Shown here: in pieces, positions 28,446-38,240 of the stretch
Layout: each line of letters begins with the position of its first letter
How positions within the stretch are numbered: the stretch's first letter is position 1
Assembly: GCA_963662625.1 (NCBI GenBank)
Contig: OY759726.1
Span: 448,001-512,000, forward strand
DNA from: Nitrosopumilus sp.
GTDB lineage: Archaea; Thermoproteota; Nitrososphaeria; Nitrososphaerales; Nitrosopumilaceae
DNA: 64,000 nt
Direction of reading: 5' to 3'
Translations under genes and position numbers: made by a program
The notes under the pieces: generated by a model
Seen by the model: only the letters and a program-made list of their open reading frames with translations
Told to the model about the DNA's origin: nothing
Database searches by the model: none

Positions 28446-29859
28446 CATAGTTTGTTGAACACATGATAACCACCCAGGCGTAGTTGCCCCGATGGACCGG
28501 CCCCTGGTAGCGCGTGGGCCTGGCGCCCTTTCTGTTGAATGGGGCAATCCGAGCTGCCGTGTCACTGGGCTTCGCGCCCTGATGGGCGTGTGCAGCTTCC
28601 GATCCGTCAGACATCCGAAAGGAGGCGATAGGAAAGGATGAGAAAGACAAGCATGGGGACAGGCATGGGGAAGAGAAAGCGCGGCGCGTGCGTGGCGGGC
28701 GGGAACGGGAAGGTTCCCGGGAGGGGGCAGTACCCCAACACCCGGGACGGCGCGGCGAAGTTCGCAGGGGTGATGGCGCGCAGGTACCTGGGCGGCGGCC
28801 CCTGCAGGGCCGCCCGCGGGACGACTGGCAACATGCGGGACAGGACGTTTGACGCCTTCGAGGCGGCCGGGACCGGCATCAAACTGGCCAACACGTACAG
28901 GACGGCCCTGATAGCCAGGACCGCCAAGAAGACCGACAGGATTGACGCAGAGAAGATAGCGCAGGTGCCGGGGACGGACATGATACCGGAGCGCTGCGTC
29001 CCCCCGGGCCACACCAGGGGGATGCGCGCGATGGCCGGGCAGAGGGTGAGGCTGGCCCGGGACAGGGCGCGCGTGACAAGCCGCGCCCGCAGCCTCCCGG
29101 GCCGCCACGACATCCAAATGGACGCCCCCGCCATGCACTCCGAAAAGGCCCTGGGGCAGCTGGAATCCGCGGGGCCGGGCTCTGGGCACGACGGGTTGGT
29201 CCTGGGCCAGTGCGCCCGGCAGGCGGGGCACCTGACGGAGGAGATCTCCGTGACGGGGGGGCTCCCCGGGACGGGGGCCGCCCACAACGGTGACGCGAGG
29301 CTGCCGGCCAGCACGGCCGGCGTCGGCACGTTCACCGCGGTGCTGATGGCCCCCGGGATCGGGGACGTCTCCAGGTTCAGGGGGCCAAGGCAGATGGTGT
29401 CGTGGGCCGGGCTGTGCCCGGCGGCCTGCCAGTCGGGGAACCAGCCGTACGCGGGGAGGATCAAGAAGATCGACCCCGGCAGCCTGGTCAACTGGGCCAT
29501 GCGCGAGGCCGCGGACACCGCCGTGCGGCACGACGCCAGGATGGAAGCCGTGTATGCGTCCGCGCGCCGGAGGCACGCGGACAAGCATGGGCCGGCAACC
29601 ATGGTGGTGGCCCACAAGATGGTCACCATGATGCGGCACATGCCGGCCACCAAGGCACCCTACGAGTCCCGCAACGAGGGGCCGTGCCGGCGCAAGCTGG
29701 CCGGGACGGGGAAGGCGCGCCGGGGGCGGCCCCCCGCGCTGCCCGCATCCCGGACCGTCTTGCCAGCGCTGGCCATGAATCCCATGCCATGCAACCCAGT
29801 CACGGATCGGAAAAACCGCTGGATGCATTGCGGCAACTACGCCTGAGTGGTTAACATAG
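28446..29859 (+). mobile_element. IS110-family element, bounded by CATAG direct repeats, with 26-bp sub-terminal inverted repeats
   Basis: CATAG at 28446-28450 and 29855-29859; IR 28463-28488 vs 29832-29857 (24/26); about 190-bp non-coding 5' end. Confidence 0.8.
28638..29846 (+). pseudogene. IS110 transposase/recombinase, open frame but eroded
   Basis: KKTDRIDAEKIA, GVGTFTA...GIGDVSRF....MVSWAGLCP...QSG; first RuvC Asp (G.D) appears replaced by Gly. Confidence 0.82.
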
Positions 29860-29979
29860 GTGCGCGACCCGGTTTAGAGGCACGAAAAACAACCCCATAA
29901 AGGCGGGTTCGGGCAGGGTTGTGCAGCAAACTAGCGCGTCAGAATCATTTATTTTCTCAAAGATACCGGCATATACTAT

Positions 29980-30095
29980 GCCGGGGTAGCTCAGCCTGGT
30001 TAGAGTGCCAGTTCGCATGGTAAACTCTGCCGGTTCTTCCATAGAAGGCAACACTCATAATCTGGAGGTCGTGGGTTCGAAACCCACCCCCGGCA
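29980..30095 (+). tRNA. tRNA with CAT anticodon (elongator Met, possibly Ile2) with a 41-nt non-canonical intron (30012-30052, position 30/31)
   Basis: Acceptor GCCGGGG/CCCCGGC, T-arm GTGGG-TTCGAAA-CCCAC; removing the intron restores CCAGA-CTCATAA-TCTGG; bulge-helix-bulge TGCC/GGCA with bulges AG^T and AC^A. Confidence 0.9.
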
Positions 30096-30153
30096 TGGTA
30101 TAGTCCGGATGCGGCCCGAGTGCCGGACCGGCCCTGGCGGCGCGGGCCGGACC

Positions 30154-32823
30154 CTACCTCCCAAGGTAGAGCAGCCATTCCACGGGGGCCAGGCCGACCC
30201 TGACGTAGTGGACGGAGCCCGGCTCCGGGTCCACTATGGCCGGCAGCCACGGCACCTCGACGCCGCCGGGGCCGGCGTACGCGTATTCCGTGGGGGCGTA
30301 CCCGCGGAGATCCGGCAGCACCGCAAAGTCTGACGGGACGATGTCCCGCATCTCGAGGGCGCCGCCGGGGCCCGTCTCCGCCACCGCGTCCCCGGAGGCG
30401 TACGTGTGGACCGCGACCCGCAGGCCCCCGGCGCCCGCCTCCCCGGCGTCGCGGGCGCCGTCCAGGTCGGCGTCCAGGTACGCCTCGAGGCGCAGGGTGA
30501 CCATCCCGTCCGGCGGGACTGGGTAGAGCCCCAGGTCAAACGTGGCGCCGGACCCCCCGGGGGGGCTCGCCAGGACGGACCACCCGGGGGGGTCCGCCGC
30601 CACGTGGCCCGGCGGGAGCGGCCCGGTCTGCACCAGCGTGGAGGCCGGGCCCGGGTCGAGCCCCGCGAACCTGTACTGCCCGCCGGCGTCCGTGACGGCG
30701 GCCATCGCCGGGGCGCCGGGCCGGAGGGCGAGCATCACGTGCCCGGCGACGCCCCCCTCGCCCGGATCCCGCACGCCGTCGCCGTCGGCGTCGCGGAACA
30801 CCGTCCCCGAGACCGCGGCCGCGGCTCCCGCCGCGCCGCCCGCCACCCTGACGGCCACCGCCCCCTCGTTGCCCTCCCCGACGCCGAACCCGTCCGCCCT
30901 GACGGTGACCTCGTAGGAGCCCTTCTCGTACGGGAGGGACTTTAGCTGGAGGATCCTGCCCCCGGGCCCGCCCATCTGGAACAGGTCCCCGTCGCCCCCG
31001 GGCACGACGGCGTATGACGCCTGGCGCCTGTCGAGGGCGGGGCTCTGCACCGTGATGGTGGTGACGTCGGCCCGGCCGGGGGCGGGGACGGCGTGGCCCG
31101 GCACGACCAGCCAGCTTCCGAGGTTCTGGCCGGAGTCGGCCCCCTCGAACATCCCCTCCATGTCCGTCACGCTTGACACGTCCCAGGGGCCCAGGGGCTG
31201 GTCGAAGGAGGCCGCTCCCGAGAACATCCAGCTCATGTCCGTCACGCTTGACACGTCCCAGGAGTCCAGGGGCTGGTCGAAGGAGTCCGCGTCCGAGAAC
31301 ATCGCCCTCATGTCCGTCACGCCAGACACGTCCCAGGAGTCCAGGGGCTGGTCGAAGGGGGTATGGCCGAACATGCCGGACATGTCGGTGACGCTCGAGA
31401 CGTCCCAGGAGTCCAGGGGCTGGTCGAAGGAGGCGTTATGAGCGAACATCCTCTCCATGTCCGTCACGTTTGACACGTCCCAGGATGAGAGGGGCTGGTT
31501 GAAGGGGGTATGGCCGAACATGCCGGACATGTCGGTGACGCTCGAGACGTCCCAGGAGTCCAAGGGCTGGTCGAAGGAGAAGCCGAACATGTAGGACATG
31601 TCGGTGACCGACGACACGTCCCAGTGGGCGAGGGGGTGGTTGAAGGGGGTTATTGAGAACATGAAGGACATGTCGGTGACCGACGACACGTCCCAGGAGC
31701 CGAGGGGCTGGTCGAAGGCACGGGCAAAATTGAACATGTCGGACATGTCCGTCACGCCGGAGACGTCCCAGGAGCCGAGGGGCTGGTTGAATTCCCATGC
31801 ATTTCTGAACATCCCGGACATGTCGGTGACGCTGGAGACGTCCCAGGAGCCGAGGGGCTGGTTGAATTCCCATGCTTCTCTGAACATCCCGGACATGTCG
31901 GTGACGCTTGAGACGTCCCAGGAGCCGAGGGGCTGGTTGAAGTGGAAGCCGGTGTCGGAGAACATCCCGGACATGTCGGTGACGCTTGAGACGTCCCAGG
32001 AGCCGAGGGGCTGGTTGAAGCCCGCGCCTGAGAACATCCCTGACATGTCGGTGACCGACGACACGTCCCAGGAGTCCAGGGGCTGGTTGAATGGCGTACC
32101 TCTGAACATGCCGGACATGTCGGTGACGCCGGAGACGTCCCAGCCGCCTATGGGGCCGCTGAAGGAGGAAGACGCGAACATGCCGCTCATGTCCGTCACG
32201 CCGGAGAGATCCGGCGCGTCGCTTGCGTTGTATGACAGGTTTAACGCGCCCTTGAATGCGGACTCCATGGACTCCCACTTGGTGCCGCCCCACTGCTCGA
32301 TGGAGGCCAGCTTGAGGGCGTTGGCCGTGGCTGGCGTGCCGTCGTCCCACACCAAGCCGCCCAACCTGGGATCGAACGCCGCGTTGCCGTCCAGGCGGAT
32401 CCTGGTAAAGTCGCCCGTTATCTGCACGGTGTAATGCCCGGGGGCGGCGTACGTGTGGGAGGCGTCGCCGGCATGCGCGGTCCGGCACCCGTCGCCCCAG
32501 TCCACCGAATAGGCGCCCGCGGCGCCCCCGACCGGGATGGTGATCGACTCGTGCGCGGAGGCGATCCTCCACTGGGTGACAAAGGCCCCGCCTTCGGCGG
32601 CCGGGGACTGCCAAAATGGCCCGTGTTGGGCGAGCCATAACATAAAAGTGGCAAAGGCCCCGCCTTCGGCGGCCGGGGACGGCTCCGCCGGCGCGCAGGC
32701 GGGCGGGATCTGCGCGCCCGCGCCCATGCCGGCCTCCTCTGCCGGGGGCATGCCGTAGGCGTGGGCTACGGGCACGGCCAGCGCGCATGCCAGCACCGCC
32801 AGGAATGCCGCGTATGATATCAT
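30154..32823 (-). CDS. BspA-like/DUF285 repeat surface protein with signal peptide, PKD-like domain and C-terminal SdrD-B pair
   Basis: Signal peptide; VDWGDG...HTYAAPG.YTV; about 15 repeats of FNQPL.SWDVSSVTDMSGMF; GTVFRDADGDGVRDPGE. Confidence 0.9.
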   Translation of the reverse strand: MISYAAFLAVLACALAVPVAHAYGMPPAEEAGMGAGAQIPPACAPAEPSPAAEGGAFATFMLWLAQHGPFWQSPAAEGGAFVTQWRIASAHESITIPVGGAAGAYSVDWGDGCRTAHAGDASHTYAAPGHYTVQITGDFTRIRLDGNAAFDPRLGGLVWDDGTPATANALKLASIEQWGGTKWESMESAFKGALNLSYNASDAPDLSGVTDMSGMFASSSFSGPIGGWDVSGVTDMSGMFRGTPFNQPLDSWDVSSVTDMSGMFSGAGFNQPLGSWDVSSVTDMSGMFSDTGFHFNQPLGSWDVSSVTDMSGMFREAWEFNQPLGSWDVSSVTDMSGMFRNAWEFNQPLGSWDVSGVTDMSDMFNFARAFDQPLGSWDVSSVTDMSFMFSITPFNHPLAHWDVSSVTDMSYMFGFSFDQPLDSWDVSSVTDMSGMFGHTPFNQPLSSWDVSNVTDMERMFAHNASFDQPLDSWDVSSVTDMSGMFGHTPFDQPLDSWDVSGVTDMRAMFSDADSFDQPLDSWDVSSVTDMSWMFSGAASFDQPLGPWDVSSVTDMEGMFEGADSGQNLGSWLVVPGHAVPAPGRADVTTITVQSPALDRRQASYAVVPGGDGDLFQMGGPGGRILQLKSLPYEKGSYEVTVRADGFGVGEGNEGAVAVRVAGGAAGAAAAVSGTVFRDADGDGVRDPGEGGVAGHVMLALRPGAPAMAAVTDAGGQYRFAGLDPGPASTLVQTGPLPPGHVAADPPGWSVLASPPGGSGATFDLGLYPVPPDGMVTLRLEAYLDADLDGARDAGEAGAGGLRVAVHTYASGDAVAETGPGGALEMRDIVPSDFAVLPDLRGYAPTEYAYAGPGGVEVPWLPAIVDPEPGSVHYVRVGLAPVEWLLYLGR
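31145..32210. repeat. Coding tandem repeats (about 69-78 bp units) of the DUF285 motif
   Basis: Recurrent acatgtcggtgac...gacacgtcccagga...ggggctgg units. Confidence 0.92.
32576..32682. repeat. 35-bp direct repeat (33/35) separated by a 37-bp unique insert, in frame within the DUF285 gene
   Basis: gtg(a/g)caaaggccccgccttcggcggccggggac(t/g)g at 32576-32610 and 32648-32682. Confidence 0.92.
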
Positions 32824-34169
32824 GCAGTTCGTCGTTACTGGTTGCTTATGGCCTTTTTGTCAGACGCGCTGCGGCAGGTAGCGGAATCTGGCGTTCTGTC
32901 AGCGCCTAACCCGTCGGAAAATCCCCCGGATCCCCGAGGCCCCCGCATCGTTAATACCGCCAGACTCGCAATACGTCTCATCCCTGTGATCACCGCTTGC
33001 CATATTCCCACATGCCCATGCGGCATGGATTTGTCACCCCCTCATACCGCGACTTTCCTGTCGTCGCCGTACATCGCATCACCGCCTCCGTAGCCGCATG
33101 ACACGTTGCCGGAGAAATTGGCCGTGGTGGCGCCTTTGGGGCGCGTGGTATCCGCGCATGCGCGGATGCCGGATCTCCGGAATCCTCCCTCGCATGAATC
33201 CAGCGCCCCGTTGCCGCCTTCGTCACGACAAGCCGTGGCATTTACAGTGGCAGGTTCGCGGCTCCGCGAAGCCTGGCGTCAGAATCGAAGGCCAGGAACG
33301 CATGGTTTGCAGGAGGGGCTGGCCACCCGCACCACTTCCATGGTTTCCAGCGTCCGGGTTTGCGCCACCGTGGAGCTCACGCTACCTCGACATATCCGGC
33401 AGAAACCGGGCTGCCGCCGCGGCGGCGCCGACAATCTCGTGCTTGCCCCCGGCGGCACACGCGCCAGACAGCGGCTCGCCCGTTGCGGGTGCGTCGGCGC
33501 CCGATTCAGCAGCACGCGCCATGGCGCTTGCACATGCTGATTGCCGGATGCCGGATCCCCGCCACTGCCCCCCCAGGCGCGGACGTTCTGGCGCAGTCCG
33601 CGGGCGCCGCATCGCTGGCTGCCGGTTCCGAGTAGCCGAAAAAGCCTCCCGGGGGATTGTGGGACTCCCGGACGAAGCGCCGTCCCCCGGCCCGCCGGAG
33701 CAGTGCGGCGCCTGGACGCAGTGCGGGGCGGCAAAGGACGTCGCGGGTGACCTCCCGTACGCGGGCGCCGCATGGCCCACAACCAGCCCACTGTGAAATC
33801 ACGCGGCAGAGGATCCGCGGATGTGCGCTGCTTGGATCGTGTCACGGATGCCGCTGCACGCAAAACGAAATGCGGTGCCCGGTCGAAACGAGCTGGAATC
33901 GGACGCGCCGGCGGCGGCGCGCCCACGCGGGCCGCCATGCGCCGGGGGACGTTCTGGTCAAGATGTGCGGTCGCGTGACGCGTTGGCCGTGGCGCCCGCC
34001 GCGGCGCGGGGACTCCATGGCGCGCCGTGCTGCCGGCGCGCGGCCCCCCAGCCGGCGTGGCGGCCGGGCCTGCCAGGCACGCGCGCGCCGTGCCTGCGCC
34101 GCGCCGCGAGCCCGTTTCCCGCCGCGTTCACGATCATGTTTTTATTGATAGGCATCGATAAAGAGGCAC

Positions 34170-35456
34170 TTGAAGGAAAAGCTGCAGGACCTGCAGGACA
34201 TAAAATGCCCGCTGTGCCACAGGACACTCGCGTCCTACGAATACAAGAAGGCGCTCTCGGAGCTGGAGGCCACTATCGTGCAGAGGTACGAAAAGGCGGA
34301 CAAGAAAAGGACCGAGGGCTTTGCGCAGCAGCTGAAAAGGATAAAGAAGCAGCACAGGCAGAAAGAGAAGAGCCTCCAGGCATCACATGACAACGAGATG
34401 AGGAAGCTGCAAAAGAGTTTGGAGGGATCGCATGACAGGCAGCTGGACGCGCTAGAAAAAAGCTACGACAAGCTGGCCGCCCAGAGCCAAAAACAGTTTT
34501 CCAGCATGGAGAGGAAGATAAAGCTTGACTTTGAAAAAAGAATGCGGGAGAGAGACAGGGAGTCGAAGGCATACGAGAGGGAAACGAAGGCGGCCCACAG
34601 GAAGGAGCTTGCGCACATGGCAAGGCAGATCCAGCAGTTGAAGAAAGAACGGGCGTCCGTCAAGAAAGAGGCGAGGGAGGGAGCCAGGACGGACTTTCAG
34701 GCAAAGTACGACAGACTGAACTCTGAGATGGCAGAAAAAGAGATCCAGATAAGGCGCTTCACCAAGGAGGTGGACGGGCTCAAGAGGAAGATCACCCAGG
34801 CGAAGCCGGGACCTGCGGGCGGCGCGGGAGAGCTGGACCTCTACGCGACTCTCACCCACGCGTTTGCCAACGACTTCTTCAGGAGGCAGAAGAAGGGGAC
34901 GTCCAGCGGCGACCTGATCCAGCAGATAAGGACCCCGACCGGCTCCCTTGACACGCTGATAGTGTACGACAACAGGGCCGCCGCCACGGTAACGAAGAAA
35001 GACGTCGAGAAGGCGAAAAAATACAAGAAAATCCACGGCACGAACTACGTCATCATCGTCTCGAGCAGCCTGCCCAAGAGATCCGTCCCGAACGGGATCT
35101 TCGGCGAGATGGACGGGGTGCTGCTGGTGCACCATTCCATAATAACCGAGGTGGCAAGGCACATACGCACCGGCATAATCGAGATATCAAAGCTGTCAAA
35201 GAGCAAGGAGGACCAGGAGGCAAAGCAGTCCAGGCTGTACGAGTACATAATCAGCGGCGAGTTTTCGATGATGCTCGAGTCGCTCTACGCGATAAGCGGG
35301 CAGCTGGCCAGCATCCAGACCAGGGAGGAGAAGGACCACGAGACCCTGTGGAAGACCAGAAAGTCGCTGTACGGCCAGCTGGTAAAGGCGGCCAACGACC
35401 TGTCAAGCGGGATAGAAAGCATCACCCAGAAAGAGATCACCGTGGAAGGCCGCTGA
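34170..35456 (+). CDS. DUF2130-like coiled-coil protein
   Basis: N-terminal IKCP.C, long coiled coil, GE..L...L..AF..D....KKG...GD..Q.I C-terminal domain. Confidence 0.72.
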   Translation: MKEKLQDLQDIKCPLCHRTLASYEYKKALSELEATIVQRYEKADKKRTEGFAQQLKRIKKQHRQKEKSLQASHDNEMRKLQKSLEGSHDRQLDALEKSYDKLAAQSQKQFSSMERKIKLDFEKRMRERDRESKAYERETKAAHRKELAHMARQIQQLKKERASVKKEAREGARTDFQAKYDRLNSEMAEKEIQIRRFTKEVDGLKRKITQAKPGPAGGAGELDLYATLTHAFANDFFRRQKKGTSSGDLIQQIRTPTGSLDTLIVYDNRAAATVTKKDVEKAKKYKKIHGTNYVIIVSSSLPKRSVPNGIFGEMDGVLLVHHSIITEVARHIRTGIIEISKLSKSKEDQEAKQSRLYEYIISGEFSMMLESLYAISGQLASIQTREEKDHETLWKTRKSLYGQLVKAANDLSSGIESITQKEITVEGR

Positions 35457-35681
35457 GGGATCCCCGCGGGGCCGGATCTCCGGCGCCCATGCCAGCCAGC
35501 CGCCCAGTCCGGGTTTTTCCGGCCAGGTACGATCCAGCCTCCCAGCGAGCCGCGCAGCCCAGGCTCGGTTTTCCGGGATGCGCCCCCCCCCCCGCGCCGA
35601 ATGCCCGGGCATGCGCCACGCGCTCTGCCCCGCGGCGCCCCAAGATAGCGTTAAATGTAGCGCCGGGCGATTTTAACCGGA

Positions 35682-36875
35682 ATGGGGGAGTACGAGGAGT
35701 TTGCCGAGGCGCTCCTGGGCCAGCTGTCAGTGGAGATCAACGAGGAAAAAGAGATCATGCGGGCGGCAGAAAAGGCAAGAGACGACATGCCGGGGGCCGG
35801 GTTCGGGGACATAGAACAGGCGGCCGGCATGGTGTTCCCGGACCTGAGGGAAAGGGCCGGGCGGTTCCTCGGACTCGGCATCCCGGACGGGCTCAGGATG
35901 GAGTTCCCGGAACTGGCCGACCTGAAAAGGATCAAGGCGGAGAAGGTGTTCTCGGACGAAAAGTCGTCCCGGTTCGTGCAGAGGCTGTTCCAGGCGGTGG
36001 CGGAGGAGGACGCCGGGAAGATCGCCGGCCTCGTCGAGGAGGATCCCGCAAAGTACCTGGTGTATTCGACGTACGCGATCCAGTACATCTCGAAGATCTC
36101 CACCACGTACGGCGACTACCTGGACTCGGTGATCTACCTGAACAGGTTCATACTCTCCAGGTACCCCCAGATCATCCTCCACAGGCAGGGGCCGCCCTAC
36201 GAGGAGCGGTTTTCCAGGATCAACTCTGGCTACATGGGCGCAGTCAAGATGACCATCCTGGAGGAGACCGTGCATTCGGCGCAGGGGAACCTGCAGAGGA
36301 TCAACCGGGACGCCGCGATGCGGGTCAACCTGATCAACGAGGAGCTTGCCAGCATCGTCCTGGCGCTGGATCCCGGGACGGTCAGCGGCCTCGCCGAATA
36401 CCTGCAGCTCCAGGCGGTCCCGGACGACTTTCCCTTCGCAAAAAAGGCGAACCTGTTCTTCTTTCTGAACCCGGACCACTTCCTGATCGAGCAGATCGGG
36501 CCGGACGTGATGACGTTCACGCACGTGGAGATCGACCCGAAGATATCCGAGGCCATCCCGCAGCTGCTCGGCATCTACAAGAGGTGGCTCGGCCCCATAC
36601 AGCAGCACCACGCCGCGTTCAGCACCATGGAGGGGATGGCCGCGTTTGCGGTGGAGACCGTGCTAAAAGACGACGGGGACTTTCAGAACTACCTGACCAC
36701 GTTCATGGGCACGGACTTCTCGTCATACCGGGTGAGGAAGGACATCGGGAGGGACTTTACGATGGCCGTCCACGAGAGGCTCGGCACGGAGGCCTTCGGG
36801 AGGCTGGTGGAGGATCCGCCCAGCACTAGGGAGCTCAAGGACCCGCAGTCGTACATAGGCAGGGCGTGCAGGTAG
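35682..36875 (+). CDS. Conserved hypothetical protein, possible zincin-like fold
   Basis: ILEETVHSAQ and downstream MEGMA motif; host-like codon usage. Confidence 0.7.
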   Translation: MGEYEEFAEALLGQLSVEINEEKEIMRAAEKARDDMPGAGFGDIEQAAGMVFPDLRERAGRFLGLGIPDGLRMEFPELADLKRIKAEKVFSDEKSSRFVQRLFQAVAEEDAGKIAGLVEEDPAKYLVYSTYAIQYISKISTTYGDYLDSVIYLNRFILSRYPQIILHRQGPPYEERFSRINSGYMGAVKMTILEETVHSAQGNLQRINRDAAMRVNLINEELASIVLALDPGTVSGLAEYLQLQAVPDDFPFAKKANLFFFLNPDHFLIEQIGPDVMTFTHVEIDPKISEAIPQLLGIYKRWLGPIQQHHAAFSTMEGMAAFAVETVLKDDGDFQNYLTTFMGTDFSSYRVRKDIGRDFTMAVHERLGTEAFGRLVEDPPSTRELKDPQSYIGRACR

Positions 36876-37696
36876 CCTTGCGGGAAAGGTTCGATCCCCT
36901 CGTCGCCGAGTGGATCTCGTTCGTGGGAAGCCCGAACTTCAACCTGGCCGAAAAATGCCTCAAGTTCGCCCAGATCCTGGAATACCCGGACCTAGACGTG
37001 GAGTCGTACGTGCAGAAGATCAACCGCATCGGGAACTCGCTCAGGGAGTCGGTCGGCGGCGCCAGAAACCCGATCTACGTCATATCGCTGCTAAACGAGC
37101 ACCTCTTCCAGAACCTCGGGTTCGCGGGGGACAGGGGCGGCTACCACGATCCGAGGAACAACTTCCTAAACGAGGTGGTCGACAGGAAGTCCGGCCTGCC
37201 GATCACCATGTCGATACTGTATGCGGAGGTCGCAAAGTCCGTAGGCCTGGAACTGAAGCTGGTCGGGTTTCCGGGCCACGTCCTGGCAAAGTACGGCGAG
37301 GAGATGATCCTGGATCCGTTCAACGACGGGAAGCTGCTCGGCGTTGACGACCTGCAGGGGATGCTGCGCCGGAGCTTCGCGGGGCGGGTGGAGTTCGAAC
37401 CGTGCTTCTTGGACGAGATGGGGGAAGAGCAGGCCCTGATCAGGCTTGCGCGCAACCTGAAGAACTCGTATGCCCGGTCGCACTCCTACGAGAGGGCCGC
37501 GAGGTGCGCGGACATGGTCCTGGCGATCGAGCCGGACTCGCCGGAGGACGTAAGGGACAAGGGGGTCATCGAATGGCGCATGCTGAATCCCGACTCCGCG
37601 CTGGCGTACCTGAACAGGTACCTGGAGGTGAGCCCCAACGCGGAGGACGTGGACTTTGTCTTGGAACTGATACGCGACATCAGGGTGAAGGGGTAG
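36866..37696 (+). CDS. SirB1/transglutaminase-like domain plus TPR protein
   Basis: GF.GD...YHDPRN.FLN.V..RK.GLPI, VGFPGH, LDPF, RDKG...YLE. Confidence 0.87.
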   Translation: MQVALRERFDPLVAEWISFVGSPNFNLAEKCLKFAQILEYPDLDVESYVQKINRIGNSLRESVGGARNPIYVISLLNEHLFQNLGFAGDRGGYHDPRNNFLNEVVDRKSGLPITMSILYAEVAKSVGLELKLVGFPGHVLAKYGEEMILDPFNDGKLLGVDDLQGMLRRSFAGRVEFEPCFLDEMGEEQALIRLARNLKNSYARSHSYERAARCADMVLAIEPDSPEDVRDKGVIEWRMLNPDSALAYLNRYLEVSPNAEDVDFVLELIRDIRVKG

Positions 37697-37732
37697 GACG
37701 GCGCGGGAACGCTTTGTTCCATTGGTGGAAAA

Positions 37733-37903
37733 TCAGGACAGTATGGAATCGATTTCGCGGCCCTGCTTTACCAGGGATATCTCGTGGCGGGCAATCTTGT
37801 TTTTGAGGGCCGCCTTCAGGATGTCCAGCTCGTTCCTGAGCAACGCTACCTCGTCCTCGAGTTTGGCCACCCGTTCATAGATCGTCTCGGCTTCTGAACT
37901 CAT
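37733..37903 (-). CDS. 56-aa coiled-coil small protein (not in the ORF track)
   Basis: MSSEAETIYERVAKLEDEVALLRNELDILKAALKNKIARHEISLVKQGREIDSILS; TTTTTAA upstream on the minus strand. Confidence 0.7.
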   Translation of the reverse strand: MSSEAETIYERVAKLEDEVALLRNELDILKAALKNKIARHEISLVKQGREIDSILS

Positions 37904-38078
37904 GATTATGTATCATGAAGTGGTTCTCTTAAAAAGTTATGGTTGCGTGGGGCGCGGCGCGGCCCGGATTTCAGGCACGGGGATCGCCGCGCTTCGGCTG
38001 CCCGGGCACGCCCGTACTGCAGGCCGGCCCGGACGTGCTTGGGCACGCCCGGCCCCCGCATGCGGGGCGCCGGCGCGG

Positions 38079-38240
38079 CTATAATTCAAACTCCTGCCTG
38101 CATTTCTCGCATTTCCCCCTCTCTTGGCCCGGGGGGCCGAGCAGGAAGACCTTGCCTATGGTATGGCATTCGGGACACAGGCCCGTCGTGGCGTTCTTTG
38201 GGCCGGTTCTGATAATCTTCTGTCTTTTTCTGCGTCCCAT
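38079..38240 (-). CDS. 53-aa zinc-ribbon protein with basic N-terminus (Elf1-like architecture)
   Basis: MGRRKRQKIIRTGPKNATTGLCPECHTIGKVFLLGPPGQERGKCEKCRQEFEL; TATA-like sequence upstream. Confidence 0.75.
   Translation of the reverse strand: MGRRKRQKIIRTGPKNATTGLCPECHTIGKVFLLGPPGQERGKCEKCRQEFEL

Noticed and set aside
31145-32210. Regular ~72-75-bp repeats as a CRISPR array or diversity-generating retroelement
   Set aside because: They are in-frame DUF285 coding repeats with homologous 'spacers'; no reverse transcriptase or adenine-specific template/variable pair is visible. They were not counted in the 72-bp footprint finding.
30060-34130. tRNA-anchored integrative element
   Set aside because: No integrase and no duplicated tRNA 3' end (att site) found by eye.
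35492-35576. Degenerate direct repeat (also 38004-38051 and 52290-52355) as further 72-bp footprints
   Set aside because: Matches are short or gapped and the periods (about 37-54 bp) do not fit; expected by chance at this GC content.
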